From contig NC_092374.1 of the NCBI RefSeq assembly GCF_030028105.1, positions 56,305,016 through 56,369,015 on the forward strand: DNA of 64,000 nt. Reading direction: 5' to 3'. The position numbers were made by a program, and so were the translations under genes. Origin of the DNA: Mobula birostris (taxonomy: Eukaryota). Each line of letters starts with the position of its first letter. Position 1 is the stretch's first letter. Positions 1 to 12,769 of this stretch are shown one piece after another. The notes under the pieces are model-generated. The model was not told the DNA's origin, ran no database searches, and saw only the letters and a list, made by a program, of their open reading frames with translations.

Positions 1-799
1 AACCCATACCCCACTCCCCACGCACAATCAGCAGAAGAAGCATCGGCACTTCCCTTCCCCCCCACTTATCCCAGCAGAAGCACTGACCCCTCCCCACTAT
101 GCAAGCAATAGCAAAAGCACCCCCCCCCGCCTCAAATAGACCTTGATCTAGAGTCCATCAAGAACTGCAGTCCACAACCTAGCACCTTGGTATCTCAGAC
201 AGGCTCCCTCTCACCATCGGAAGAGCAAGAGATTGCTTCGGCAGCAGCAAGAGCAGAGAACAGAATTTCACTGTTCCAATGTTACTACCTTTCCTGCCGC
301 TTCTCCAAGCACTCCTCCCAACTTGAGGACTGACAATTTCTCAGTCACCATCAAAAGAGAGAGAGAGAGAGAGAAAAGGACCACTCAAGTGCGAGAGCTA
401 CCTTCTTACAGCAGCACACACCGCTTGCTGTCCTAATGTTTCACTCCCACAAAACTTCAGTCAGCGAAACTGATGAGGAGCAAGGTCATCTACGGGGCCA
501 CTTCCTGAAGACGCACATCTTCAAAGCCGATCCTGGAGAGAGTGAAGCAACAGGCTGGACAGCCTGACCAAACACCCAGTGATTCGGATAGGCTGGTGTC
601 CTGTCTAAAGAACCGTACTTTGATCTGTAGATCAAGAACTCCGACAGAACTCCAGCTACCTTGAAAAGAAAAGAGAGACATAAGGGAAGGTGAATAAGCA
701 GTTTCATGGACGAACAGAAAGAAGTCGCTTGGGTCCATCAAAGCTGCTGCCATCTTTCCTAACTCCTTCTCCTTCCTATTCCCAAAGCCATTTGGGAAT

Positions 800-1972
800 A
801 CAGGTCCATAATTCATTGAAAATGGTGTCACAGGTAGAGAAGGTTGTAAAGAAAGCTTTTGGCACATAAGTCAAAGCATTGCGTACAGGAGATGGGATGT
901 TATGTTGAAGTTGTATAAGACATTGGTGGGGCCTAATTTGGGGTAGTGTGCGGTTTTGGTCACCCACCTACAAAAAAGATGTAAATAACTTTGAAAAAGT
1001 GCAGAGAAAGTTTACAAGAATTTTCCAGTTCTGGAGGTGCTGAGTTACAAGGAAGGATTGAATACATTAGAATTTTATTCCTTGGAATGTGGAAGGTTCA
1101 GGGGAGATTTAATAGAAATATGCAAAATTAGAGGTGTATAGTTAGAGTAAATATAAGCAGGCTTTTCCACTGAGGTTGGGTGGGGGAAAAGGGATGATTT
1201 AAGAAGCTAGGTGGTGATAGTAGAAGGGGTAAAGGATTGAAGAATAAGGAATCTAATAGGAGAGGGCAGCAGACCAAGGAATAAAGGGGGGAGGAGGGGA
1301 TCCCGATGAAGGTGGGGGCAGATCACGAAAGCAGGGGAGAGAAACAGAAGGGGTGAGAAGGTCACCTGAATGGGGAATGGAAAACAACAGAAGAGGGAAA
1401 GGGAAAGAAATTTTTCAAAAATACCACAAGTTATAGGAATCAACGTTCATGCCATCAGGATGGAGGCTACCCCGATAGAAGGTGAGGTGTTGCTCCTCCA
1501 ACTGAGTTTGAACTCATTGCACAATAAATTTGAGGGCAGGTTGGAAGTTGGAGGCAAAGTTGAGAGAGTTGATGAGCTCAGCATGGGTGCAAAAGCAGCA
1601 CCAATGCAGTCGTCAATGTAGTGGAGAAAAGGTTAGGGAGCGTTACCAGTGTAGCTTGGACCATGAACTGCTTCACAATGAAAAGGCAGTCAAAGCTAGG
1701 ATCCAACTAGAGGTCATGAGTTAAGGATGAAAGTTGAAAGTTTATGGGGAACATGAGGGGAGACTTCATGAGAGTGTGGAATGAGGTGCCAGCACAAGTA
1801 GTGCATATGAGCTCGATTTCTACATTTAAGAGAAGTTTGAATAGGTTGGTTGGTGTATGGACGGCTATGATCCGGTGCAGGTAGTTGAGAGTAGGTAGTT
1901 TAAGTGGTTTGGCATGGACTAGATGGTCCAAAGGGCCTGTCTCTGTACTGTACTTTTCTATGACTCCATGAC
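800..1972 (+). mobile_element. Decayed CR1 3' fragment (interrupted by the PLE fragment)
   Basis: Degenerate MLKLYKTLVGPNL and EKVQRKFTR motifs, CR1 3' UTR and tail. Confidence 0.8.
1183..1703 (-). mobile_element. Internally deleted Penelope-like fragment nested in a CR1 3' end
   Basis: Minus strand near 1590-1621 reads YIDDCIGAAF (PLE RT). A purine-rich pLTR complement lies at 1183-1500. Confidence 0.7.
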
Positions 1973-2031
1973 CTCATCCTGTTATGGACTAGCTATTTTC
2001 CCTTTCCACTTCCTTAATATTACTCCCCACA

Positions 2032-2448
2032 CTTCTCCGTGGATTGTCGGCTTGACGTGGTGGAGAAGCTTGTGTGGTCCTGTGATCCTGAGAGCAATGC
2101 CATCTGGAGCTATGCTCCTGGTAGGGTCACCCATGGCGGTAAGGTCAAGGGTGAGGTCCCTGACAAAGAACAATCCAACCAAGACCTCAACGGTGGAACA
2201 GGCGGACGAAGTTACTTCAAACTTAACGGCTGTGAAGGCAGATGAAGGCTGCAACAATCCCATCAGCTCCAATCCTTGTGGCTTCCATGCCATTGGAATC
2301 ATTTGGTTGATTTGTGAAGTATCGTGTGCTTTTTGGAATGCAACCTCAAGCACACGTTAAACAAATACACACACAGGCGTCTTTACTCTGTGGGCCACTT
2401 CTTCAGAATGAAGAGCATCATCCTCGACCTCGAGGGATAGCCACCACG
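2032..2448 (+). mobile_element. Short non-autonomous retroelement with an RTE/Expander-like 5' leader
   Basis: Perfect 13-bp TSD attactccccaca (2019-2031, 2449-2461). The leader (cttgacgtggtggag...ctggtagggtcacccatggc) resembles fish RTE/Expander 5' UTRs as I remember them. Confidence 0.7.
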
Positions 2449-3721
2449 ATTACTCCCCACAGTGTATTATAACTGAGGCTTTAGACTGAAAAATGGTATG
2501 TCCTATAGTAGAGAATATTACTGAAAAAAATATGGAAGCCAAACTCTAATGAGTTTGTAAGGAGGGGTTAAATAAGGATAGGTCCAATATACAACCCTGC
2601 AATGACTGCACTTATAAGTTGAAACATAAGACAATATTTATTTCAGGACTTTAGAAAGCTCTTTGTAATTATATGCATTTATCTAACCTCATTCTGTAAC
2701 GTTTGTCACTCAAATGAATTTTATGGGGTTGTTTTTTTTTAATCAACTTTATGACAAGGATATTGCGGGCAAGGATAATATTTCATAAACACGAGAAAGC
2801 CAGCAGATGCTGGAAATTCAAAGCAACACACACAAAATGCTGGAGGAACTTAGCAGGTCAGGTAGCATCTATGGAAATGAATAAACAATCGAGTCTCTGG
2901 GCCGAGACCCTTCTTCAGGACACATGTTTTTCTTGAAGGCCAGTATTTATTATATGCTTTTTTTTGTCACTCAAAAGAAAAGTGATGGAGAGCAGTCTAT
3001 GTGGTGAATATAGCAGCTCCCACACTTCTGTGAAAGACAGATCTCAGTATTGAGAGAGCTTATAATTTTGTCTGGCACTTGAAGGGTAAAAGTTTAACAA
3101 GACAGTTTGGGTGTGTAGCATAGTATTGGTATGAGTAACTCAACATCTGTGGTTTTACATCTGTGACAAGGTATTAAGTCTGTCATTGAAAATCAAGAAG
3201 CTGAAGGCCGCACCAGTGATAGTCATCTCCTTTTTCTCGATTTGTAATAATACACGGACACAGAGATCACTGTATTGGCAGTGTTACAAGTGTGTGTAGA
3301 GTGAAAGCAGCATATTCCTATGTGCGGCAAGATGCAATGAGTGCAGAGGGAGGGATGGAATTCACTTAAAGAAAATGGCAAGCACAACTCACTTTCTTGA
3401 ATTCTTTCAGCAGAGTTTATGGGTTTTAAGAAAATGCTGATCCCTTCCAGCCTTGCAACCTACAACGCCATCTCGGAACTCTTTTCTTCAAAGTCCTTTA
3501 GTAGACTGTAGCCTCCAAAATCTGTACCCGGCTTGTTCAGAGATCCTTGCTTAAGTCCCTTTGGTTAGATCTCCACCTCTGACGCAGTACCAAAATCACT
3601 CTGAATAAAGCTACTTCTGGCGTCCTGCAAGGTGATAATGAAGCCATTGTATCCTTCTCCATTCTCCCCAAACTGTCTCCTGCCTGAGTCACAGTTACTT
3701 CATCATTCACTATCATCATCT

Positions 3722-4200
3722 AGTGGAGTGAATGCTGAGTTCCAGCGAATCCTCGGCCCCAAAATCCTCCGCTTCACCTGCTGCTGGCAGCCGGGGCTGG
3801 GGTTGAATCGCTTGGCAGAGATGGTGCTCGGTGCTCGGTGTCTGAGGGCTGGTCGGAGGCTCGAAGTTTTCGGACGACTCAGAGTCGGACTGTGGTCGGG
3901 CATGGCAGGGAGAGTTTTCTTCCTTCTCCCATCTGTGTGAGATGTGGGACCTCCGAGAGACTTTGAACTTTTTTTTACCGTGCTCATGGCCTGTTCTTCA
4001 TCAAGTTATGGTATTGTTGCAGTGTTGTAACTATATGTTATAATTATGTGGTTTTTGTCAGTTTTTCAGTCTTGGTCTGTCCTGTGTTTCTGTGATATCA
4101 CACCAGAGGAATATTGTATCATTTCTTAATGCATGCATTACTAAATGACAATAAAAGAGGACTGCGTGTCCTCATAATCTAATCCAATCTAATCTAATCA
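3722..4200 (+). mobile_element. Non-LTR element 3' portion with (tctaa)n tail
   Basis: CpG-rich body, AATAAA near 4150 and (atcta)n tail at 4177-4200; family unresolved. Confidence 0.55.
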
Positions 4201-4234
4201 ATCTCAATGCCTTCTCTGCAGGTTATCATACATT

Positions 4235-4925
4235 TTAGAACATAGGATATACATTAAAGTAACAGGCCCTTCAACCCACAATGTCATGGTTTGTCCCAAC
4301 CATGATGCTAATTTATACTGTACACCTCTTTGTACGTGCTCTATATCTCTCCATTCCCTACCTTTTGATGTGTCTGTCTAAGTGCCTCGTAAGCATTCCT
4401 ATTGTTTCTGCTACCACCACAGACAAAGTGTTCCAGACACCAACCATTCTCTGTAAAGACTTGCCTCATAGGTATCTTTTAAACTTGCACTCCCCCCATC
4501 CACTTTAAAGCTATCCCCGCTAGTATTTCCACCCTTGGGAAAAGACTGACTCTATCTACCCTATCTATGTCTCTCTTAATTTTGTATACTTCAGTCAGGT
4601 CTGCCCTCCGTCTCTGACATGCTAGAGAAATCAATCCAAATTTGTCCACCCTCTACTTAGAGCTAAAACCCTCTATACGAGGGACTGTCCTGGTGAACGT
4701 CTCTGGTCCTCTCCAATGCTTCTACGTTCATTTTGTACTGCAGTAACCAGAAATGCACACAATACTCCAAGATGCAACATGACTTCCCAACGTTTACACT
4801 GAAAACCTCGACCAATGAAAGCAAGTATGCCAAGTGCTTTCTTTACAACCCTAACTGCTGCGATGCCACTTTCAGGGAGCTTTGGACTTGCACTGCTCTG
4901 TACATCAATGCTCCCAATGGCCCTG
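4235..4925 (-). mobile_element. Decayed CR1 3' fragment
   Basis: RVVKKALGILAFIGRG motif and CR1 3' UTR. Confidence 0.8.
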
Positions 4926-5019
4926 CCATACTCTATGCTCTCCGGGCTTCCCAAAGACTCACACATGGCCGCCTCCTACTTCTCATCTCCATGCTACTTG
5001 CCAGCATTTATTTATTTAT

Positions 5020-5279
5020 TGAGGTACAGTGTGGAATAGGCCCTTCTGGTTCTTTGAGGCACGGCACTCAGCATCCCCCAATTGCCTAATCATTGGGACA
5101 ATTTAAAATGACTGATTAACCTACCAACCGGTACATCTTTGAGGAGAAACCGAAGCACCCGGAGAAAACCCAGGCAATCATGGGGAGAATATACAGTCTC
5201 CTTAGAGACAGCGGCAGGAAGTGAACCCGGGTCACCTGCACTGTGAAGCTTTGTGCTAACCACTGTACTAACGTGCCAC
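5020..5279 (-). mobile_element. tRNA-derived SINE (V-SINE/HE1-like)
   Basis: Minus strand has A/B-box-like head (agtggttagc...gggttcacttcc), core ggttttctccgggtgcttcggtttc, and a CR1-like 3' end. Confidence 0.8.
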
Positions 5280-5531
5280 ATGGTAGCATAGTGGTGCGCA
5301 TTGCACTCTGTATTACCAGCGGCCTGGGCTCAACACCCACCACTGCCTGTAAGGAGTTGTATGTTCTCCCTGTGACTGTGTAGGTTTCCTCTGGGTGCTC
5401 CGGTTTCCCTAAGACATACTGATCAGTAGGTTAATTGGTCATTGTAAATTGTCCCATGATTAGGTTAGGACTAAATCCGGAGATCGCTGGGCAGCGCGGC
5501 TTGAAGGCCTGTTTTGTATCTCAATAAATAA
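5280..5531 (+). mobile_element. tRNA-derived SINE (V-SINE/HE1-like), head-to-head with the previous copy
   Basis: ggtttcctctgggtgctccggtttcc core; tail tgtatctcaataaataa. Confidence 0.8.
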
Positions 5532-6644
5532 CTTTTTTAAAACAACACCTGAAAGCAACATTGGTAATAAACGTACCACTAGTGACACCAGTGCATATGC
5601 ACTTCCCTCGCCCTCTTTGGCCTTCTGTCCTATCATCTCCTCATATTGCTTGGTGACAAGTGTTATTTACCAAATCTCTTGTGAAGCTCTTTAAGAATAC
5701 AGTAATTTGCTTCATTAAAATTGCTACATAAATGGAAGCTGCTGCTGCTGCTGTTGTTGTACATTACACAGGTGCAGTGCACTGTTGACATTCTCAATAG
5801 TTTCTGCATATTAGTTTGCAGAGGAAGGCCATGTTGCTAATAATGGCTACTTCATCTGGATATTTCAATTAGAATGTACTTAAATTGTTTCAGTCTGAAT
5901 TATTTGATGGTTGGGAAAATACAAATTATTTGAAGAATTTCAGTTATTTGTATGAATATTAGTTTTTCTTTTGGAACTGGAAGAGTCAAGGGGACCATAC
6001 AAGGCCATCTCCTCTCCTTCACAATGTGGAACAGCAGTGTGGTTAGTAAAGCTATTGTTTCAGATCGCCAGCAAACAAGGCTCGATTCTAATCTCTGGTG
6101 TAGGGTTGATACATCCTCTCTATGACTGTATGGGTTTCCTCCAGTTAGGACGTAGAGTCATAGAATCATACAACAAGGAAACAGGCCATTTGGCCCAACT
6201 TACCCACACAGATCAGAGGAAATGATAAAACAATATGCACTTTAATCATAAGTACAATACACCAATGAGTGCAAAACAGTGGAATGGTGCAATGATAGTG
6301 ATGTAGGCCACAGTAGTGCAAGAAGAAACGTTATATTGACCATAATAGAATAACAAAGAGAGGGGAGTTAATCGTGTGAGAATGTGTCAACACCACCTAG
6401 AAGAAAATGTAAATGAGATGATTGGTTCAGAGAACCTGGAGGGAGTTGAGGGCAATTTGGGGAGAATAAAATTTGTGCAGTGTAAAAGGGTGCTCAATGG
6501 TTGGCACAATGTTGTTGGGATGAAGAGGTGGTTTCAGGTGTCAGTTTCAAAGCCAGGATGCTGGGTCTCTGGGGCAGCAGCTCTACGAGCTTCATCACTG
6601 CTGTCTTCAATTCAACTGAATGTTGGGAGCTGAATGTAGCTGGC

Positions 6645-6960
6645 AATTGAGACATTCTATTCTACACGGTCATCTGCTGGGGCAGCAGGGTGAGAGACGC
6701 CGACACCAAGAAGATCAATAAGCTCGTCAGGGAGGCTGGTTCTGTTCTGGGGGCTGGAACTGGATTTCCTGGTGGCTGTGTCTGAGGGGAGGATGCTGCA
6801 GAAGTTATGGAGCATTATGGACAATCCCTGTCACCCCCTCCATGACATACTGGAAAACAGAGGACACCTTTAGTTACAGACTGATTCCACCTAGGTGGGC
6901 CACTGAACCCCACAGGAGATCCTTTCTCCCTGTGTCCAGAAGACTCTACAATTCCTCTCC
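6645..6960 (+). mobile_element. Rex1-like RT C-terminal fragment
   Basis: Reads ILFYTVICWGS...KKINKLVREAGSVLG and HRRSFLPVSRRLYN. Confidence 0.65.
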
Positions 6961-7077
6961 CTTAAGTATATGGTTTCCTTTCATATCTCAGTTTTGCACT
7001 ATTATTTTTAATGCACATTTTGTATTCCTTTTTGTACCTCAATGTTTACATTTTGTATTTTAAAATATTTGTCCTGG

Positions 7078-7295
7078 CTTTACTTTACTTTATACTTTAT
7101 TGTCGCCAAACAATTGGTACTAGAACGTACAATCATCACAGTGATATTTGATTCTGCACTTCACACTCCTTGGATTACAAACATTACGTATTAAATATAT
7201 TAAAAATAGTTAAAATTAATAACTATTAAAAATATAAATTATAAATCATAAATAGAAAATAGAAAAATGGGAAGTAAAGTAGTGCAAAAAACTGA
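7078..7295 (-). mobile_element. 3' end of the same Rex1/Babar family as 39164-42810
   Basis: Near-identical to 39164-39370 (tactttattgtcgccaaacaattggtactagaa...). Confidence 0.85.
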
Positions 7296-8029
7296 GAGCT
7301 ATTGATTTTTAAACATTTTCCTATCCTTTAAAGTCTTCACACTGAATTACTGTACCTCCATTTTTTACTAAAATAATAATTCAAACTTTATCCAACTTTT
7401 CATTCAGCTCTCCTCTCACAGTTTTCTGATAATTCAGAATGACATGGTAACCAGTAGTGCACAGCTAAATGGGGAAAAAAAAATTAAATCTGAAGGACAA
7501 CACCTGAGTATTTGGTTGGGTGTGTTGATGTTAGGCAATAACAACAGTTTCAAGGTGGGGTGGCTTGTAAGAACATTGGTACAAGTCCAAGATCACTTTC
7601 ACCTGAGTCACATAGTTATTATCAAACACAAAGAGAATCACCCCGTAAGACTGGATTGCGCAAGATGGATAGAGCCCATGTGACAGAATGAATTTGTGGT
7701 ACCTGTGGGAAAATTTATTTGCTTCATTACTAGCCAGTCTTGAATGTAGGCTATATCCATGCCATCAAGAGTGCCCACTTCATTCTCCCATCTCCTCCTA
7801 CCCCTTCCTGTAAACTTGAACCAAAAAATGCCAACACACAATGTTGCAATCACCCATTACCACCTGTGCTTACTGGCCTACACTTATTCCCAGTGAAGTT
7901 ACATTAAACGTACCAAACATTTTGCCCCTCCTTTTGGAAGAATCTCCAGAACCAATAGTCCTATGATATCTCTGCACAATTTTTTGTCAGTTCTCCAGGT
8001 TAACTTTTTTGAAAGGGAAATTATTGGAA

Positions 8030-8370
8030 TCAATCGTGAAGCCTACTCTGAAAGGCATAGATTAAGCAGGTGAACTCATTATGGATTTATTAAAGAAAGG
8101 TTGCATCTGACTCATCAGATAGAATTTCTAAGAGGTCACAAAGGCAAGTCATGTCTTACTAAATTGAGTTTCTTTGATGAGGTGATGAGGGTGGTAGATA
8201 AAGGTAGAGCTGGGGATGTTGTCTACATGGATTTTAGTAAAGCATTTGACAACGTTCCTCATGGGAGGCTCATCCAGAAGATTAAGTTGCATGGGATCAA
8301 TGGTGAATTGCCCTTTGGCTTCAGAATTGGCTTGCTCATAGAAGGCAGAGGGCGGTAGTTGAAGTGTTAG
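8030..8370 (+). mobile_element. CR1 RT fragment
   Basis: KGKSCLT...VVYMDFSKAFDNVPHGRL. Confidence 0.8.
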
Positions 8371-8438
8371 CATTCACAGGAGGAGTCGGTTCTGTGCAAG
8401 GGCAGACTGGATACAAAGAAAAACAGATGATTTTACTT

Positions 8439-9346
8439 AAACAAAATAATCTGCAGATGCTGGGGTCCCCCACCACTAAGCACATCTTTCCCTCTCCACC
8501 CCTCTCCACATTCCACAGTGATCATTCCCTCCGCTAATCCCTGGTCCACACGTCCCTCCCCACGGATCTCCCATCTGGCACTTATCTTTGTAAGCATAAG
8601 TGCTACATCTGTCCCTGAACCTCCTCTCTTGCCACCATTCAGGGCCCCAAACAGTCCTTCCAGTTGAGGCAACACTTCACCTGTGAGTCTGTTGGGGTCA
8701 TCTGTTGCATCAGGTGCTCCCAGTGCGGCCTCCTCTACATCGGTGAAACCCGACGCAGATTGGGGACTGCTTCATCCAGCACCTCCGCTCCATCCAACAC
8801 AACAGACAGGATCTCCCAATTGCCAACCACTTCAAATCTGCTTCACATTCCCATTTGGATATGTCCATACATAGCCTCCTCTACTGCCATGATGAGACTA
8901 AACTCAGGTAGGAGGCAGAACACCTCATATACCGTCTGGGTGGTCTCCAGCCCCTTGGTATGAACACAGAATTCTCCAACTTCTGGGAATTCCCTCCCAT
9001 CCCCCATCCCAGTTTCACTCTGCCCCCTCCCCCAGCTGCCTATCACCTCCTTCATGGTTCCGCCCCCTTCTACTACCCATTGTGCTTTCCCCTATTCCTT
9101 CTTCACCTTTCCTGCCTATCACCTCTCTGCTTCACCTCCCCCACCCCTTTATCTTTCCCCTTACTGGTTTTTCACCTGGCACCTACCAGCCTTCTCCTTC
9201 CCACCCACCCCCTCCACCTTCTTTATAGGGTCCCTGCCCCCTCCCTCTTCAGTCCTGACGAAGGATTCCAGCCCGAAACGTCGACTCATCATTTCCACGG
9301 ATGCTGCCTGACCTGCTGAGTTCCTCCAGCTTGTTGTGAGTGTTGC
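8439..9346 (+). mobile_element. Penelope-like element 3' part with a short inverted tail at its 5' end
   Basis: VICCIRCSQCGLLYIGETRRRLG (GIY-YIG), closely similar to 42990-43863, plus pLTR with hammerhead motif. Confidence 0.9.
9251..9286 (+). ncRNA. Minimal type-I hammerhead ribozyme motif (PLE-associated)
   Basis: AGTC-CTGACGA-A-GGAT(TCCA)GCCC-GAAAC-GTC-GACT: intact core and GUC cleavage triplet, one mismatch in helix II. Confidence 0.75.
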
Positions 9347-11214
9347 AGTAGGTTTTACTTTCTATCTTAGCATTAATCAAGCACAATTGTTTCAATGTGA
9401 GTACTGACAATGTGAATACTAATTAATGATAGTTCCTAAGAAAAACTTAATTCAATTTCTAACACAACATTCAAAGATTCAAAGTACAGTTATTATCAAA
9501 GTATGTTTGCAACATACAACCCTGAAATTCATCTTCTTTATAGATAGCCACGAAACAAAAAATTATGGAACCAACCCATTTGAAGAAAAACATTAAAACC
9601 CCCAGCTCTGAAAAATCATGCAAATGGCCACAAAAAAAATGACTGAAAACAGAATATAAAACATAAAATCAAAAGGCAGATTTGAACATGCATGCAAAAT
9701 GACATTATCCAAATACAAGGTCATAAGATCAATATAAAAGTAAAACTCAACAAGTGCAGCATTAAACTGACAAAAAAGATCTCTGCTACTATTTCGTAAA
9801 TCATTAGTAAATTTTGGATTAAGTCACACTAATGGAAATTGTGTGACACGACCCAGGGTCTCGGCCAGTGTACCTGACTCATAACTCTTTCCTGTAAAAG
9901 CTTAGCAAAGCATTCAGCTCAGGAGTAAGTAGTGAGGGGCAATAATTTCTAGCCTTCCCTGCAGGACCTTCATCCCAGAAACCAATAGATTGGAAGAGTC
10001 CTGTGTATACAGTATCTGGCAAATTCAGCAAAGGGTATAGTCTGAATCACCAGTGTTATTAGCAAAGCCCATAATGGAATTTGTTTTAATCCATTGTTAA
10101 GTTTCAGACAAATAGTAATGTCCTGTGAACCTGCTGGCATTTCTTCAGCTGCAGGCAGCAAGTTCTGCAAGTGGTTAAAGGTGCAAAGAGTAAGAGGAAC
10201 TTACTGGAAGCCAGCAAATGAGAGTGAATGATTCTGTTGATAAGATCTACACTTGTGGTTGTTGAGTAAGAACAGAGAGAGAAGTTGGGAAATTTCTATT
10301 TTGAATTAATGATTGGCTTGAGTCAGCATTAGTTACTCAAGATGCATGATTGAAATTAACCCAATATTGACATTACACCTACATCATATACCTCACCCTT
10401 TTGAAGTGGATTCATTGACAATTCTGTCACCTAGCTGATAAGATTGAGCTCCTACATCCTGGCTGCTCACAGATGTTACAGAGTATATGTTTTGGCACTT
10501 TCAGATGTTGAGGCTTCACAATCGTAAATATATTTGGGCATGCAGTTCATGTTGCCAGAACAACTTGGAAGTTATCCTAGAAATGTTATCACAGGATTTC
10601 CCTCTTCCAACTGCCAGTCTAATCCTAATCTCCAGTAATGATACAGAGTACAACAATGCACATCATAAGAATTCATACCTTAACAGTTGGAAGGAGTGAT
10701 TTATTTCAATGAAGGCAGCCAGTAGGAGCATGATGGCATATGATAAAGTCAAATAGTTTCTTTCTCAGAGGATCTTGCCATTTAGTACGTCTGGTGTTTT
10801 AGGCTTAGACATAACACATAGGAAGGCATAAGCCTAAAACTGTTATGGAGCAATACATGTTCATGCATTATTTTGGGTCTTAATGTATCCATGCAAAGAT
10901 TTGGGTTTGGCATTTGGATCACAAACTTAATGTGCTCATGGACTGAAACACCATGCAATGGTGTTCAAAACAAAACATGTTTCTGCAAAATCAATTTGTA
11001 TTGGATGGTCTTTGTGGGATTCATATCTAGAAGCAGGCTTCAGTACCACCAGTGGGAAGATAATGTAAAGGAGGTCTGACTGGTCAAGTCGCAGGAATGG
11101 AGTTCAATGTTGGCTGTTAGCTCCAGCTGGTTGATATCCACTGTGATTTTTCCTTGGGCTTCACCCCAGCATCCTCGTTCTAATCTTGAAACCAGCTCAA
11201 GCAGCCACTTGGAA

Positions 11215-12455
11215 TTCATGGTCCACCTCTGACAACTCCCTCAACTTTCCAGATTTCTCTGTCTCCAGCTCTGGAAACAAAATACCAACCAACATCTTTT
11301 ACAAACCTACTGATTCCCACGGTTATCTTGACTATACCTTTTCCCACCCGATCTTCTGCTATTCCATTTTCTCAGTTTCTTCACCATCGTATCTGTTGCT
11401 AGGACATGGTTTTCCATTCCAGAACATCTTTAAGGAATGGTGTTTCCCTCTCTCCTCTATTGATGCTGCCCTCACACACATCTCCTCCATTTCCCTTACA
11501 TCCATGCTTACCCCATCTTCCCGGTGCCATAAAAGTGATTGAGTTCTTTTTCTCCTTGCCTACCACCCCATCACCTTCCGCATCCAACACATTATCTTCT
11601 ACAACTTCCACCATCTCCAAAGAGATCCTACCGCTAAACATATCTCTACCATCCCCGCCTGCCCCAACCACTGGCTTTCCACAGGGGTTATCCCTCCGTG
11701 ATTCCCTTGTCCATTTGTCTCCCCTCAATAAATTCCCTCCTGGAACTTATCCCCGTAAGCAGCCTAAGTGCTACACCTGCCCATTACCTCCTCCCTCACC
11801 TCCATTCAGTGGCTCAAATAGTCCTTCCAGAGACACTACCTGCAAATCTGCTTGTGTCATTTATTGTGACTGGTGCTCCTGATGTGGTTGCCACTACATT
11901 GCTGATACTTGTCATAAATTGTGGGGACTGCTTTGCTGAGTACCTCTGCACCATCCATCAGAAGTGGGACTTCCCGGTGACCAAATAGTTTAATTCCCAT
12001 TCCCATTCCTGTGCCAAGAAGAGGCCTCCTTCAGGGAAGGAGCAACACCTTATATTTTGTCTGGGTAACCTCCAAACTGATGGCTTGGATATCGATTTCT
12101 CTTTCTGGTAAATAAATTCCCTCTCCCAATTCCTGTACTCCCCACTCTGACCTTTTACCTTTTCTCACCTGCCTATTAATTCCCCCTGGGTCCCCTCCTC
12201 CTTTCCTTTCTCCTATGGTCTATTCTCCTCTCCATCAGATTCCTTCTTCTCCAGCCCTTGACCTTTCCCACCCACCTGGCTTCACCTCACAGCTAGCATC
12301 CTTCCCCGTCCCACCCAACTTTTTTATTCTGACATTTTCCCCCTTCCTTCTCAGTCCTGAAGAAGGGTTTTGGCCAAAACTTCGACTGTTTATTCATTTC
12401 CGTAAATGCTGCCTGACCTGCAGAGATCCTTCAACATTCTGTGTGTGTTGATCTG
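11215..12455 (+). mobile_element. Older Penelope-like element fragment (RT C-terminus, GIY-YIG, pLTR)
   Basis: TNIFYKPTDSHGYLDYTFSHP, PKCYTCP and CVIYCDWCS motifs; degenerate hammerhead at 12352-12388. Confidence 0.85.
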
Positions 12456-12769
12456 CAATTCTCTCCGCATTCACCATTGCTTCTGACCTCATCTTCAAGA
12501 ATCTGGTCATATCATAGCTGATCTCCTCATCTCTCTTCAGCAACTGCCAAGACTCCTGATGACACCTGTCTCACTGTCACCAGTAACCTGGACTCATGGC
12601 TTTCTCTGTTTCCTCCTCTCACTTAGTGAGGGCAGGGCAATCAGAGGAAAGGCACCTAACTATCACATCAACTATCAACCACACATTTACACATATCCAC
12701 ATTAATCTCTTTTTTTATTCTCCACCTTCTCGCTAACTCCCCAAAAATTCTGCTCCCTAACTCACGCAC

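Noticed and set aside
1923-2360. Overlapping 145-aa and 123-aa ORFs on opposite strands
   Set aside because: They cross the TSD boundary of an inserted element and show no recognisable domain.
5200-5345. tRNA genes
   Set aside because: The A/B-box-like motifs are SINE heads and do not form a cloverleaf. The same applies at about 6035, 22505 and 45750.
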